Notes: generated from the sequence alone by a model not told the origin. Positions 39,775 through 48,659 are shown, counted from the first letter of the stretch. The stretch: DNA of 64,000 bases from an uncultured Alphaproteobacteria bacterium (GCA_944393215.1 CALXZL010000002.1:71239-135238); one strand, 5' to 3'. Translations and numbers: made by a program.

Positions 39775-41664
39775 TTAAAATTCAAACCGAGCATTCAAGC
39801 TTAAATCAAGCGGCATTTGCACATTTCCGCCCATAATCGTACCAACGCCGAAATAAAGCTCTTGTCCTTTGTTGGTATTAAGATTAAAACCGGCTCCCAA
39901 ACGCACAAAGTTTTCCGAACGATCTTCTTCTATTTTATAACCGGCAACCGTCACTTTATGTCCGTTATCTATTTCCGAATAAAAATCGGTACGCACAAAC
40001 ACATCTAAAGGCATATCATAAAAATCATCAATTCGTTTACCTAAAATGACACCGGCACGTGCTAACCAAGTTCCTTGATTAGCTGCATCAATCAAGGTAT
40101 CATATGAGGTGCGATAAGAAACATTATCAAAATCAAGATAGCTGATTTGTGCTTGAGGCTCAACATAATATCCGTCAGCAATTTCAAAGCGTTTTCCGCC
40201 TTCTAAAGATAAGGTATAACCGTCAACATCATAGTCACTGTCAACTTGCGCACCGAAAGGCAAATAGCTGGTGAGTTTTTGTTTATGATGATAATAAGCA
40301 GCAGCCAAATCAACATAAAACCCGTTTTGTGCAATCATTGTAGTATAAGCACCAAAGCTATAGGTATCGGCATCTCCGTCACCAGAACGGTCAAAACTTT
40401 GGTCAGAATTTGAATATCCACCATAAACACCGACAAGCCAACGATTAAAAATATTCTGAGGCAAAGCAAAATCATAGCCCATTTGCACACCGTTAACATC
40501 AACATCCGATTCGCTTGCATCATCAAAATCCAAATCAAGCTCACGGTGGATTCCTCGAACCCAAAGTCCGCCGTTTTTATTGGTATGAATTTCACCCAAT
40601 CGATTGTTTACATTTTCAAGATGAGCATACATCACCGAGTGAATAGCCGAATATGTATTTTTCGCCAAAACGGCAGTATCGCTGAGCTGCATGGTTTTTA
40701 CCAAATACCAACCGTTAGCTTGTTTTTGCAAATCATAATGGAAAGCACCGACATCAACTGCCCCGCCAACGAGATAAAAATTTTCGTCAGGTAAACCATT
40801 AATCAATTTCATATTTTCTTTAAAAACCGGAGTTGCACTATAGTCCGTCAAAGCCAAACCAACTTGCCCCGAGCCACCGTTGGTCACATTCAAAGTATCA
40901 TGCTCATCTTGTGCTACGTTGGTATTCATATAAACAACACCGTTTCCGTTGAGTGTCGTTACATTTATATTTTTAAAAGCATCGTTATAAACCGAATAAA
41001 CATCACCACCGTTCAAATCCAACTCAACAAAACTCGTATTGCCGTGTAAATATAACGAACTGCCGGCATTAACGGTTGTTATACCGGTAACATCCGCATC
41101 TCCTTCAAAAACTGTTTCTCCACCGTTTAAGGTCAAATCGTGGATAAAACCGCCGGAAAAAACATCAAACAAGCCGCCGTGCACCGTCGTGTTAAAAGCG
41201 AAAGCACTGTCTTCAACAAACATATAACCGTCATTAATCACGGTATCATCTGCTCTGCCACCGCTCAAAATTTCCATGCTGCCGCCGTTTATTTTTGCAT
41301 TAGTAACAGTCGCGGTGTTCCCGACATAAACTTTGGAAGAAGAATTAACGGCAACACCATTTGCTGAGGCTGCATTAGTCACATTCATTTGCGCACCGTT
41401 AAGAATGGTATTATCAGCAGAACTTATGCTTCCCGTCACCGTCAAGGTACCGAGTCTGCCAACCGTTGTGTTATAAGCCTTGCCGCCGTTTTGCACCGTC
41501 ATTTGACCATAAGTTCCGACGGTCGTATTAGTCACACTTCCCTCAACGGTTAAAGGATCTCCGTTACGAACACTAAGATTCGATTGCGAATCCCCCGTCG
41601 GCACATTCATAGCCATTGCCGTGCCGGACATTAAAATACAAGACAAACAAAGCAGCTTTTGCAT
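39775..41664 (-). CDS. AIDA-I-like autotransporter adhesin
   Basis: Signal peptide; GGxAxNTTV beta-helix repeats; autochaperone region; beta-barrel (GLWVRG, YYVEPQAQ) ending in F. Confidence 0.9.
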   Translation of the reverse strand: MQKLLCLSCILMSGTAMAMNVPTGDSQSNLSVRNGDPLTVEGSVTNTTVGTYGQMTVQNGGKAYNTTVGRLGTLTVTGSISSADNTILNGAQMNVTNAASANGVAVNSSSKVYVGNTATVTNAKINGGSMEILSGGRADDTVINDGYMFVEDSAFAFNTTVHGGLFDVFSGGFIHDLTLNGGETVFEGDADVTGITTVNAGSSLYLHGNTSFVELDLNGGDVYSVYNDAFKNINVTTLNGNGVVYMNTNVAQDEHDTLNVTNGGSGQVGLALTDYSATPVFKENMKLINGLPDENFYLVGGAVDVGAFHYDLQKQANGWYLVKTMQLSDTAVLAKNTYSAIHSVMYAHLENVNNRLGEIHTNKNGGLWVRGIHRELDLDFDDASESDVDVNGVQMGYDFALPQNIFNRWLVGVYGGYSNSDQSFDRSGDGDADTYSFGAYTTMIAQNGFYVDLAAAYYHHKQKLTSYLPFGAQVDSDYDVDGYTLSLEGGKRFEIADGYYVEPQAQISYLDFDNVSYRTSYDTLIDAANQGTWLARAGVILGKRIDDFYDMPLDVFVRTDFYSEIDNGHKVTVAGYKIEEDRSENFVRLGAGFNLNTNKGQELYFGVGTIMGGNVQMPLDLSLNARFEF

Positions 41665-41738
41665 TCTTTTCTCCTAAAAAATAATATAAATTAATATGAT
41701 ACTATTTTTCAATATTACAAGTTAAAATATAATAAAAA

Positions 41739-42158
41739 TTATTTTTTCTTGCGAAAAGAAAAATATTTATGCAAAAGATACGTCAATATAGTTGAGATAA
41801 TGAGATAAGCTGCCTGCCCGACCAATGGATAAAGACCAAGCACGCGCACAAATAAATTAAGCGCAAAGGCATTAAAAAAATACATCCCGATATAAACCGT
41901 CCATGCCTTAAAATATTCGGCTTTGATATTGCCATGACTTTGAAAAACATAATAACGCATGGTGATAAAAGACACATTGACGGTTATAAAATATTGTATA
42001 ATCAGCGCCGGATTGTACGGAATTTTGGCAAGTTCAAACAATGCCGCAAAAACACAATAGGCAAAAACGGTATTAAACCCGCCCACCAAAAGAAAACGGA
42101 TTTTCTGGTTTATTTTAAACCAAATACGTTCGATTTTTTTATAAAGCTCAATTATCAT
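41739..42158 (-). CDS. GtrA-family flippase
   Basis: RFLLVGGFNT, RYYVF, YLLHKYFSF; 4 TM segments. Confidence 0.88.
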   Translation of the reverse strand: MIIELYKKIERIWFKINQKIRFLLVGGFNTVFAYCVFAALFELAKIPYNPALIIQYFITVNVSFITMRYYVFQSHGNIKAEYFKAWTVYIGMYFFNAFALNLFVRVLGLYPLVGQAAYLIISTILTYLLHKYFSFRKKK

Positions 42159-42982
42159 TGAATTTCATCAGCAATTTTTTTATCAAGGAGCGTTTCCAAC
42201 TCTTTGGTACGCCATGGAGAAAGCACGTTTTCATCAAACACATTTTCCATATGCTCTTTATCCACCTCTGGCATTGCCGGATGAATGCCCACTTCCACAG
42301 CTTTATATTTTTCAGGAATTTTCAAACCTTTGAATCGATTCTTTGAAAGTTTACATGTATATAAGATGCTGTAAAAATAAGTATCCGTCGGATAATTATT
42401 CCAGAAAACAAGGGAACGCAGAACCAAATATTTAATCAAACCACCGTCATGAAGATAGCTTTTGTCGTCATTATATTTGAGGGTGTTGAAAATATCTTCA
42501 TTCATTACGCGGATTCTTGGAATTTTATATTCTTCGGCGAGTTTTTTGACCACTTTGAAAATCACCGGAATATGATGAATATGGCGGTGACTGTCAATGT
42601 GAGAAAGCTCAATTCCGAGTTTAATGGCTTTCTCAATCTGCGCTCTGGCTTCCAATTCAACTTGACGCGCCAATTCTTTGGGATGAAGTATGGAAAGTAA
42701 AAACAAATTTACAAAACCGTTTTTAAATTCTCCGTTGGCATCAGCAAGAAGTGGAATGTTTTGCGGAACGGAGAGTGCATATTGATTAGTCAAATTAAGA
42801 TGCAAGCCCACATCCAAATTAGGCATATCTTTTTTTAAATCAAGAGCTTCTTTAACGAAGTTCAAGTTAATCATAATGCTGGTAGAATTTAAAATTCCGT
42901 CATGATAAGCTTTGGCAATCGCTTGATTAACCCCTGGTGTCATGCCGAAATCATCAGCATTAAATATCTTTTTCAGAGCCAT
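42155..42982 (-). CDS. YdjC/ChbG/HpnK-family carbohydrate deacetylase (NaxD-like)
   Basis: NADDFG, GLHLNL, HIDSHRHIH, HP. Confidence 0.9.
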   Translation of the reverse strand: MALKKIFNADDFGMTPGVNQAIAKAYHDGILNSTSIMINLNFVKEALDLKKDMPNLDVGLHLNLTNQYALSVPQNIPLLADANGEFKNGFVNLFLLSILHPKELARQVELEARAQIEKAIKLGIELSHIDSHRHIHHIPVIFKVVKKLAEEYKIPRIRVMNEDIFNTLKYNDDKSYLHDGGLIKYLVLRSLVFWNNYPTDTYFYSILYTCKLSKNRFKGLKIPEKYKAVEVGIHPAMPEVDKEHMENVFDENVLSPWRTKELETLLDKKIADEIQ

Positions 42983-43943
42983 TTCGTACTACCTTTTTCA
43001 CCTCTTCCTGCGTTTCATAATCAGCCATATAAAGCGGACGCTTTTTCACTTCCATATGGATTTTGCCGATATATTCGCCAATAATACCCAAAACAATCAG
43101 CTGGACTGCCCCTAAGAAAATCATGGTAACCATAATTGTAGCATAACCGGGGGTTGGCTTGTGCAAAATAAAATGCTCCCCAATAACATACAAACCGAGC
43201 AAACCGGCAATAAATGCGGTGATTACTCCCAAATAAGTTGAAAAACGCAATGGTTTGACTGAAAATTGGATGATTGAATTAACGGCAAGTTGCAAACTTT
43301 TGCGGAAATTATATTTAGATTCGCCGGCGTGACGTTGCGGCGCCACAAAGTCCAAAACCTTCACTTTGTCATTAGGCATAATCCAGCTGAGCAAACCACG
43401 GAACAATCTGTCTTGCTCATTGAAGTTTTTCAAAAAGTCGATATATTTGCGGTCAATAAGCCGAAAATCGGGTGTTTTTTCGGGAATTTTGGTATCAGAA
43501 AGCAAATTCAAAATCTTATAAAAACTTTTGGCGCAGAATTTATAAAATGCCGAGGTGTCGACATTATCCACGCGGCGGGTTAAGACAATATCATAGCCTT
43601 CTTGCCATGCTTCCACCATTTGTTTGATGTAAAGAGGCGGATGTTGCAAATCGGCATCCATAAAAATAACAGCCTCGCTTAAAGCATAATCCATACCGGC
43701 AGTCATGGCAATTTCGTGTCCGAAATTGCGTTTGAGATGCACAATTTTAACGTGTTTGTCTTTTTTTTGCAAAGCTTGACATTTGGCATGTGTTTTATCA
43801 GAGCTACCGTCATCGACATAGATAATTTCATAAGTTTTGACACTTGTATCTTTCAAAACTTTTTTCAGTTCTTTATACAATGCCTCAACATTATCTTCTT
43901 CATTATAGGCAGAAACAACAATACTAACCGAATCTTTAGTCAT
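42960..43943 (-). CDS. GT2 undecaprenyl-phosphate glycosyltransferase (GtrB/ArnC-like)
   Basis: SAYNEE, VDDGSSD, RNFGHE, DADLQHPP, DFRL, LGIIGEYIG. Confidence 0.92.
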   Translation of the reverse strand: MTKDSVSIVVSAYNEEDNVEALYKELKKVLKDTSVKTYEIIYVDDGSSDKTHAKCQALQKKDKHVKIVHLKRNFGHEIAMTAGMDYALSEAVIFMDADLQHPPLYIKQMVEAWQEGYDIVLTRRVDNVDTSAFYKFCAKSFYKILNLLSDTKIPEKTPDFRLIDRKYIDFLKNFNEQDRLFRGLLSWIMPNDKVKVLDFVAPQRHAGESKYNFRKSLQLAVNSIIQFSVKPLRFSTYLGVITAFIAGLLGLYVIGEHFILHKPTPGYATIMVTMIFLGAVQLIVLGIIGEYIGKIHMEVKKRPLYMADYETQEEVKKVVRNGSEKDI

Positions 43944-45408
43944 AGTTCACCTCTGTTACAGGATCTAAAAAGCCATAATAAATGGTCTTGGTCTTTAGCT
44001 TACCAATTCGATTTTTAAATTCAAGCTTATATTCACTGGGCTCGCTCATATTGGGATAGATACTTTTCAAATTCATATAAGAATTTTTATTAGGAAAGAC
44101 CACCAGCGCTCCGCTTGAGAGAATATCATTTTTATCAAACCAAGGCGTATTTTCGGGTTTCATACCGGCAACCGGCTTAGGTTGAGCTTCGGCAAAAATT
44201 GATAAATTAGCAATATACCAAATCTCCCCGCCCACATATTTCAAAGGCTTGTCGGTATGAAGTTTCCAAGCATAAGACATGTCTTGAGCAAACTTTTGAT
44301 AAGGGAAATTGATTTTTTCACTCTTATTAAAGATGATAACCGAAAGTGCGGCAACAACAAACAATGTCATAGCCACATAAACGGATTTCACGGTTTTGCG
44401 GAAATTAATATCGGAAAGTTTATATGGAAAATATGCAAAAAGAACAATACCAAGCATATACAATGTTGGAAAGCCCCACATACTTTTGAGTTTGCTTCCG
44501 CTGACAAGAGCCACGGCGGCAAATAAAAATACCGGCAAGATTCCCATATAGAACAAGAATTGTTTTTTATCTTTGGTCAAATAGTTTGCTTCTTTTTCTC
44601 CGCGACGATAACTCAAATAAAAGAGCAATATTGTCATCAGAGCAAACAAAATCTGAGAACCGAGGAATTTTACCGGATAGAAGAAATGTGCCCAAATTTG
44701 AGCGCCGAGTGTTTGTGCACCGGTTCCGGTTCTTCTCATTAAATATTCAAAAGAATAAAAGTCATTTTGATAGAGCCACCAAACATGTGGAGCAATGACG
44801 ATAAGGAAAAGAACAAAAGTGATATAAGGGCCAACCTTTTTAAACTGCGCTCTTCCCTCGGGGGTAAAGAACAAATAGAGTGCCATACACAAAAGCTCGA
44901 TTCCGCCCACATATTTGTTAAGCATATTTAATCCGGCAAATAAACCCGTTAAAATCCAAGCGCTCATGGTATTTTTGTTCAAAGCTTGCAAGAAATAATA
45001 AGCGGTTAAAGGCCACAAAGCCAAAGAAACCACATTAACGTTATATTCTTGCGCGCTGAAACCATAATAGATAACACCTTCCAGAAGCATAACCGATAAA
45101 ACGGCTTTACCTTCGGATAAAAAGCATTTAGCAAGCTTAAAAATAAAGATGAAACCGATGAGGACTAAAATTTGATTAAGCAGATAAATCCCCGCCTGCC
45201 CAAAGATTTGATAAAACCACTCGGCAGGAAATCCAGACAAAGGCGGATGTTTATTAGTTCCGAGGTCACAATATCTGCCCCAAGTAATAGCCTCCACACT
45301 ATCCATAGGCAGGCTTTGGCGCATTAAGGGGACAACAAACCACAAAACAAAGTGTATTGAAAGGAATATGAGTAAATTTTTGTTACATACGTTTCTCATC
45401 GGTTGCAT
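43936..45408 (-). CDS. ArnT/PMT-like (GT39/GT83) membrane glycosyltransferase
   Basis: D..EAITWG, KHPPL, LNKY, PHVWW; many TM segments. Confidence 0.85.
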   Translation of the reverse strand: MQPMRNVCNKNLLIFLSIHFVLWFVVPLMRQSLPMDSVEAITWGRYCDLGTNKHPPLSGFPAEWFYQIFGQAGIYLLNQILVLIGFIFIFKLAKCFLSEGKAVLSVMLLEGVIYYGFSAQEYNVNVVSLALWPLTAYYFLQALNKNTMSAWILTGLFAGLNMLNKYVGGIELLCMALYLFFTPEGRAQFKKVGPYITFVLFLIVIAPHVWWLYQNDFYSFEYLMRRTGTGAQTLGAQIWAHFFYPVKFLGSQILFALMTILLFYLSYRRGEKEANYLTKDKKQFLFYMGILPVFLFAAVALVSGSKLKSMWGFPTLYMLGIVLFAYFPYKLSDINFRKTVKSVYVAMTLFVVAALSVIIFNKSEKINFPYQKFAQDMSYAWKLHTDKPLKYVGGEIWYIANLSIFAEAQPKPVAGMKPENTPWFDKNDILSSGALVVFPNKNSYMNLKSIYPNMSEPSEYKLEFKNRIGKLKTKTIYYGFLDPVTEVNYD

Positions 45409-45492
45409 CTTTCATATAAGTAAACACAATAATTTATTTGTAATATTAAGGACAAATGATGTCAAACTCAATTCATGACATTTGCATAATAA

Positions 45493-45855
45493 TTATTTCC
45501 ACCCTTTAAGCCTCTGATAAATATTAACAGATGTTTTGGCAATAAGGGCTTTGAACGTATTAAGACCGTTTTCTTGCCAAATGTTCATCAAAATATCGGT
45601 TGCTTGTTTACGGGTATAAATATCTTTGTGCTGGCACATATAATCGTGAAAACAAGCTGCCTTAATACCTTGACGCAAATCTTTGTTGGAAAAGAGCAAC
45701 GTAAATGGCGCCGGAACGGAAATACCGTCAAAGACAAAATCTTTCGGTACGGTTATGTTCTCATAAGTAAGTTCTCTTAAAGTAATATAATTAATACCAG
45801 ACACGGCAAAATCATAAATTTTATGACGAGTATATTTTCTTTTTAATCGTTCCAT
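45493..45855 (-). CDS. DUF1353-like phage protein
   Basis: ITVPKDFVFDGISVP...AACFHDYMC...TRKQAT. Confidence 0.8.
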   Translation of the reverse strand: MERLKRKYTRHKIYDFAVSGINYITLRELTYENITVPKDFVFDGISVPAPFTLLFSNKDLRQGIKAACFHDYMCQHKDIYTRKQATDILMNIWQENGLNTFKALIAKTSVNIYQRLKGWK

Positions 45856-46361
45856 GAAATATTCTCCAATTCTTCTTCAGAGGTTGCGGTTTCAATTTGA
45901 GCTTTGAGAGCGGTTGCTTTTTGGTGACAAGTATTAGACCATTCAGCCAGCGCCACACTCAAACCCATGAGTTCTTGAGCTGTTAGTTCTATTGTTGAGT
46001 TATCTTGGCAAGTCCAAGTAATGGTCGGCACATCTTCCGCCATTATTGCCGCTTGCATAGATTGCGCAGCACCTTGAATACGAATACATGAGACAATATC
46101 GCTGTCAAAAGTTTTACCCATATATTCAAATCCGCCTTGTTCGGCAGCATCTCGAGCAGCATTAATTTCGGCTCGTTTTTCTGTTTTAAGTTCATCCAGC
46201 GGCTTTTGAGGAGCGTACCCCTTCTCCCATAAAGAGCCGTCATAAGCGGTCTCGGTTTGACTTTCATCAATGGTAATTGTCCAACCGAGAGATTTAGCCA
46301 CCTGAACAAAAGGTGTGCGGTTTCCGATTCTGTGATTTTCTATTTTTTCAACGTATAACAT
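45843..46361 (-). CDS. DUF4376-like phage tail-fibre-associated protein
   Basis: KRAEINAARD...GGFEY.G..FDSD...WTCQDNSTIELT...LKAQIE.A. Confidence 0.8.
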   Translation of the reverse strand: MLYVEKIENHRIGNRTPFVQVAKSLGWTITIDESQTETAYDGSLWEKGYAPQKPLDELKTEKRAEINAARDAAEQGGFEYMGKTFDSDIVSCIRIQGAAQSMQAAIMAEDVPTITWTCQDNSTIELTAQELMGLSVALAEWSNTCHQKATALKAQIETATSEEELENISWND

Positions 46362-47941
46362 TATTCTTTGCCTCCCTCAGCATAGATAAATTTAAAACTA
46401 TTTATGGAAGAAACGCTATAGCTCAACTGAACAACATCTCCTTTTTTCACGGCGACGGAAGCCGTTAAGCTCACATTATTTTCATACCCTCGATAACAAA
46501 CATCAACCATCCCCGTATTCTGGTTAGTTAATTTAAGAAAATGGCTGGCAGAAGTCATATATCCCAACACCCAATATATTCCGGCAGCCGGCGCTGTATA
46601 AGTGTTATTATTGGCAGCAGATAAATCAATATATGTGTCCGAAGGCATCGAAAGATCTGCAATCAAATTTTTTGCCGTATGGGTAATATTAGCAAAATCA
46701 ACATCGGCTCTGTTATTTAATATTTCATTAGTAACAATAATACTTGCTTCTGCTACTGATGAATAAAGAACAACATAAGCTTTCAAAGTCACAAATTTAG
46801 ATGCCGTGGAAGCATCTGTAATAATTCCCGAATAATCCGGGTTTGGAGTAACACCAATAATATTATAATTTTTTGTGCTAGTTCCTACGTTAGCATAATG
46901 AGTTCCTACTCCCGCCCCAAAACCATTTGTGCCGGCATTCATATAAGATGCGTTAGAACCCATAAGAGTATAGTTATAAGTTCCATCAGTCAAACCGATA
47001 GATAAACCGTTACCTTTTACCGGAAGAGTAGAATTAAAATCAATAATATATTTATCGAGCAATTTAGGCACTTTAAATGTTTGAGATGAAATATCCAAAG
47101 CAAATAATTCACAATAGCCCTGAGCAGAAACCATACTATCAAAATCATCTATTGTTGTACTTTGTAATTTTTCATCTACAAGCATTTGATAAACGTCGGG
47201 AAACATTTCTTTAGTATATTCAGCGCCATTGCACCAAACCCCGCCATTAGGAGCATCCGTACGAGCTGTATATTGAATATCACCTATGTTTCCAAATGAT
47301 GCTTTAGCAGCTGCAATTTGAGCTGTTTCAGCAGCCTCAACGGCAGATTGTGCGCTGGTTTGAGCCTGTATTTCAGCCGCCTGAGCAGAAGCGGCACTAT
47401 TCTGAGCCTGCAAAGCGCAATTTTGAGCAATATCTTTAGCAGAAGAAGCCTCTACAATCAAATTATCAGGATTAATCAGAGAATTAGTCAAAGCGGAAGC
47501 TTCTTGATTCCAAACCAATGCTTTTCCTGCGGAAGGAAGGGGTAAAGAAGTACTAACACCTTCTTGCGCATAAGGAGGATAAATCATAGAGCGCCCAATT
47601 TTTTCATCTAACTGTTCCAACGTTGCCACCTGATAATCAAGTTCATGATTAATCACTTTAGCTCGGAAAGCTCCACCTTCTTGAAAATCGGAAGTTCTTT
47701 TTATTTCAAGATTCCGAATAATTGTAATTCTCGTTCCGTTAGACGGAGGTTCGGCAAAAACAACCTTACCGCCATAACTATTTTCATTAATTGTCACATT
47801 ATAACCTGAATCAGTTAGTGTTTCATCCAAATATACATCCAGATCACCGGCTTCAAAGATTTGGAAATTAAAATTAAATTCCTGCACTTCACCGTCAGCA
47901 ATATAATGTACGACAATTTTTTGTTTTGTATCCAAAACCAT
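46361..47941 (-). CDS. Phage tail fibre protein (podophage/T7-type N-terminal attachment domain)
   Basis: ADG...F.FNFQIF...DLDV, GGKVVF..PP, RTSDFQEGGAFRAKVIN.ELD; Ala-rich stalk; IGDI collar-like motif. Confidence 0.85.
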   Translation of the reverse strand: MVLDTKQKIVVHYIADGEVQEFNFNFQIFEAGDLDVYLDETLTDSGYNVTINENSYGGKVVFAEPPSNGTRITIIRNLEIKRTSDFQEGGAFRAKVINHELDYQVATLEQLDEKIGRSMIYPPYAQEGVSTSLPLPSAGKALVWNQEASALTNSLINPDNLIVEASSAKDIAQNCALQAQNSAASAQAAEIQAQTSAQSAVEAAETAQIAAAKASFGNIGDIQYTARTDAPNGGVWCNGAEYTKEMFPDVYQMLVDEKLQSTTIDDFDSMVSAQGYCELFALDISSQTFKVPKLLDKYIIDFNSTLPVKGNGLSIGLTDGTYNYTLMGSNASYMNAGTNGFGAGVGTHYANVGTSTKNYNIIGVTPNPDYSGIITDASTASKFVTLKAYVVLYSSVAEASIIVTNEILNNRADVDFANITHTAKNLIADLSMPSDTYIDLSAANNNTYTAPAAGIYWVLGYMTSASHFLKLTNQNTGMVDVCYRGYENNVSLTASVAVKKGDVVQLSYSVSSINSFKFIYAEGGKE

Positions 47942-47954
47942 AAAACAATCTCCT

Positions 47955-47984
47955 AAAAAAAAATCTCACTCAAGGGAGTGAGAT
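47955..47984 (-). terminator. Terminator whose U-tract abuts the tail-fibre RBS
   Basis: ATCTCACTC aagg GAGTGAGAT preceded by A9; AGGAG RBS at 47950-47954. Confidence 0.7.
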
Positions 47985-47994
47985 AATTTAAAAC

Positions 47995-48027
47995 AAAAAA
48001 AGAGCCTTCTAAAAAAGAAGGCTCTTT
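47995..48027 (-). terminator. Second terminator upstream of the tail-fibre gene
   Basis: AAAGAGCCTTC taaaaaa GAAGGCTCTTT preceded by an A-run. Confidence 0.7.
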
Positions 48028-48135
48028 CAAGATACACTTATTCCAAGTGATATAATCTGAATAACCTATAAAAAGACATTTGTCAAGGAATAAATTCCTA
48101 ATGTGAATAAAATAAGATTAGAAAAAAAATAATGA

Positions 48136-48164
48136 TTGACAAACGAGATAATAGATATTATTAA
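48136..48164 (+). promoter_or_regulatory. Putative sigma70 promoter of tRNA-Met
   Basis: TTGACA-17 nt-TATTAA. Confidence 0.6.
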
Positions 48165-48179
48165 AGACATGAATTTGAT

Positions 48180-48255
48180 GGCGGGTTAGCTCAGTCGGTA
48201 GAGCGGAGGAATCATAATCCTTGTGTCGTGGGTTCGAATCCCTCACCCGCTACCA
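48180..48255 (+). tRNA. tRNA-Met (CAT), elongator type
   Basis: GGCGGGT/ACCCGCT stem, GAGGA-ATCATAA-TCCTT anticodon arm, GTTCGAAT, encoded CCA; lacks the initiator C1:A72 and 3 G:C features; Ile2 not fully excluded. Confidence 0.9.
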
Positions 48256-48258
48256 ACT

Positions 48259-48286
48259 AAAAAAGACAGTGCAAACTGTCTTTTTT
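48259..48286 (+). terminator. tRNA-Met terminator (copy 1)
   Basis: AAAAAAGACAGT gcaa ACTGTCTTTTTT. Confidence 0.85.
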
Positions 48287-48302
48287 CATTTTAAAGTTCC
48301 GT

Positions 48303-48486
48303 AGGGATTTGAACCCACGAGGCGTGGGTTTGAACCGCCGAAGGAAGGCAGACGGAAGTATGCCGGTTTTGCTTTGCAAAGCAAAATCCTTCAAGGTCGG
48401 CGTTAAGAAAACTTTTTATAAAAAAGTTTTTAGCCCATCCCTCACCCGCTACCAACCTAAAAAAGACAGTGGAAACTGTCTTTTTT
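48303..48486. repeat. tRNA-Met-derived structured element ending in a duplicate of the tRNA 3' end and its terminator
   Basis: Inverted T-arm 48303-48320; direct half T-arm 48323-48334; 102-nt hairpin-rich insert; 48437-48486 repeats 48238-48286. Confidence 0.85.
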
Positions 48487-48533
48487 TATTTTATAACATT
48501 GACGAAAAAAAAATACATTATATTACCAATAAC

Positions 48534-48658
48534 AATGTCGCCGCCGTCGTGAAAACGGGACTTGGGAGCAGAGGCATAAGCCAAACTCTTATTCTGCCGA
48601 TAGTAAGGCGCATAAGTAGTATCCTTTGTGTGCACAGCAGACCGTGTCCTGCGACATT
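48534..48658 (+). ncRNA. Candidate structured ncRNA of unknown family
   Basis: Closing stem AATGTCGC/GCGACATT, several internal stems, GC-richer than flanks, TTGACG upstream. Confidence 0.5.
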
Positions 48659-48659
48659 A

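Noticed and set aside
46361-47941. Diversity-generating retroelement or invertible tail-fibre switch
   Set aside because: No reverse transcriptase, invertase, template repeat or inverted alternative C-terminus seen in the window
45493-48486. Prophage integrated at tRNA-Met with attL/attR
   Set aside because: The duplicated tRNA ends enclose only about 150 nt of non-coding DNA, the phage genes lie outside them, and there is no integrase
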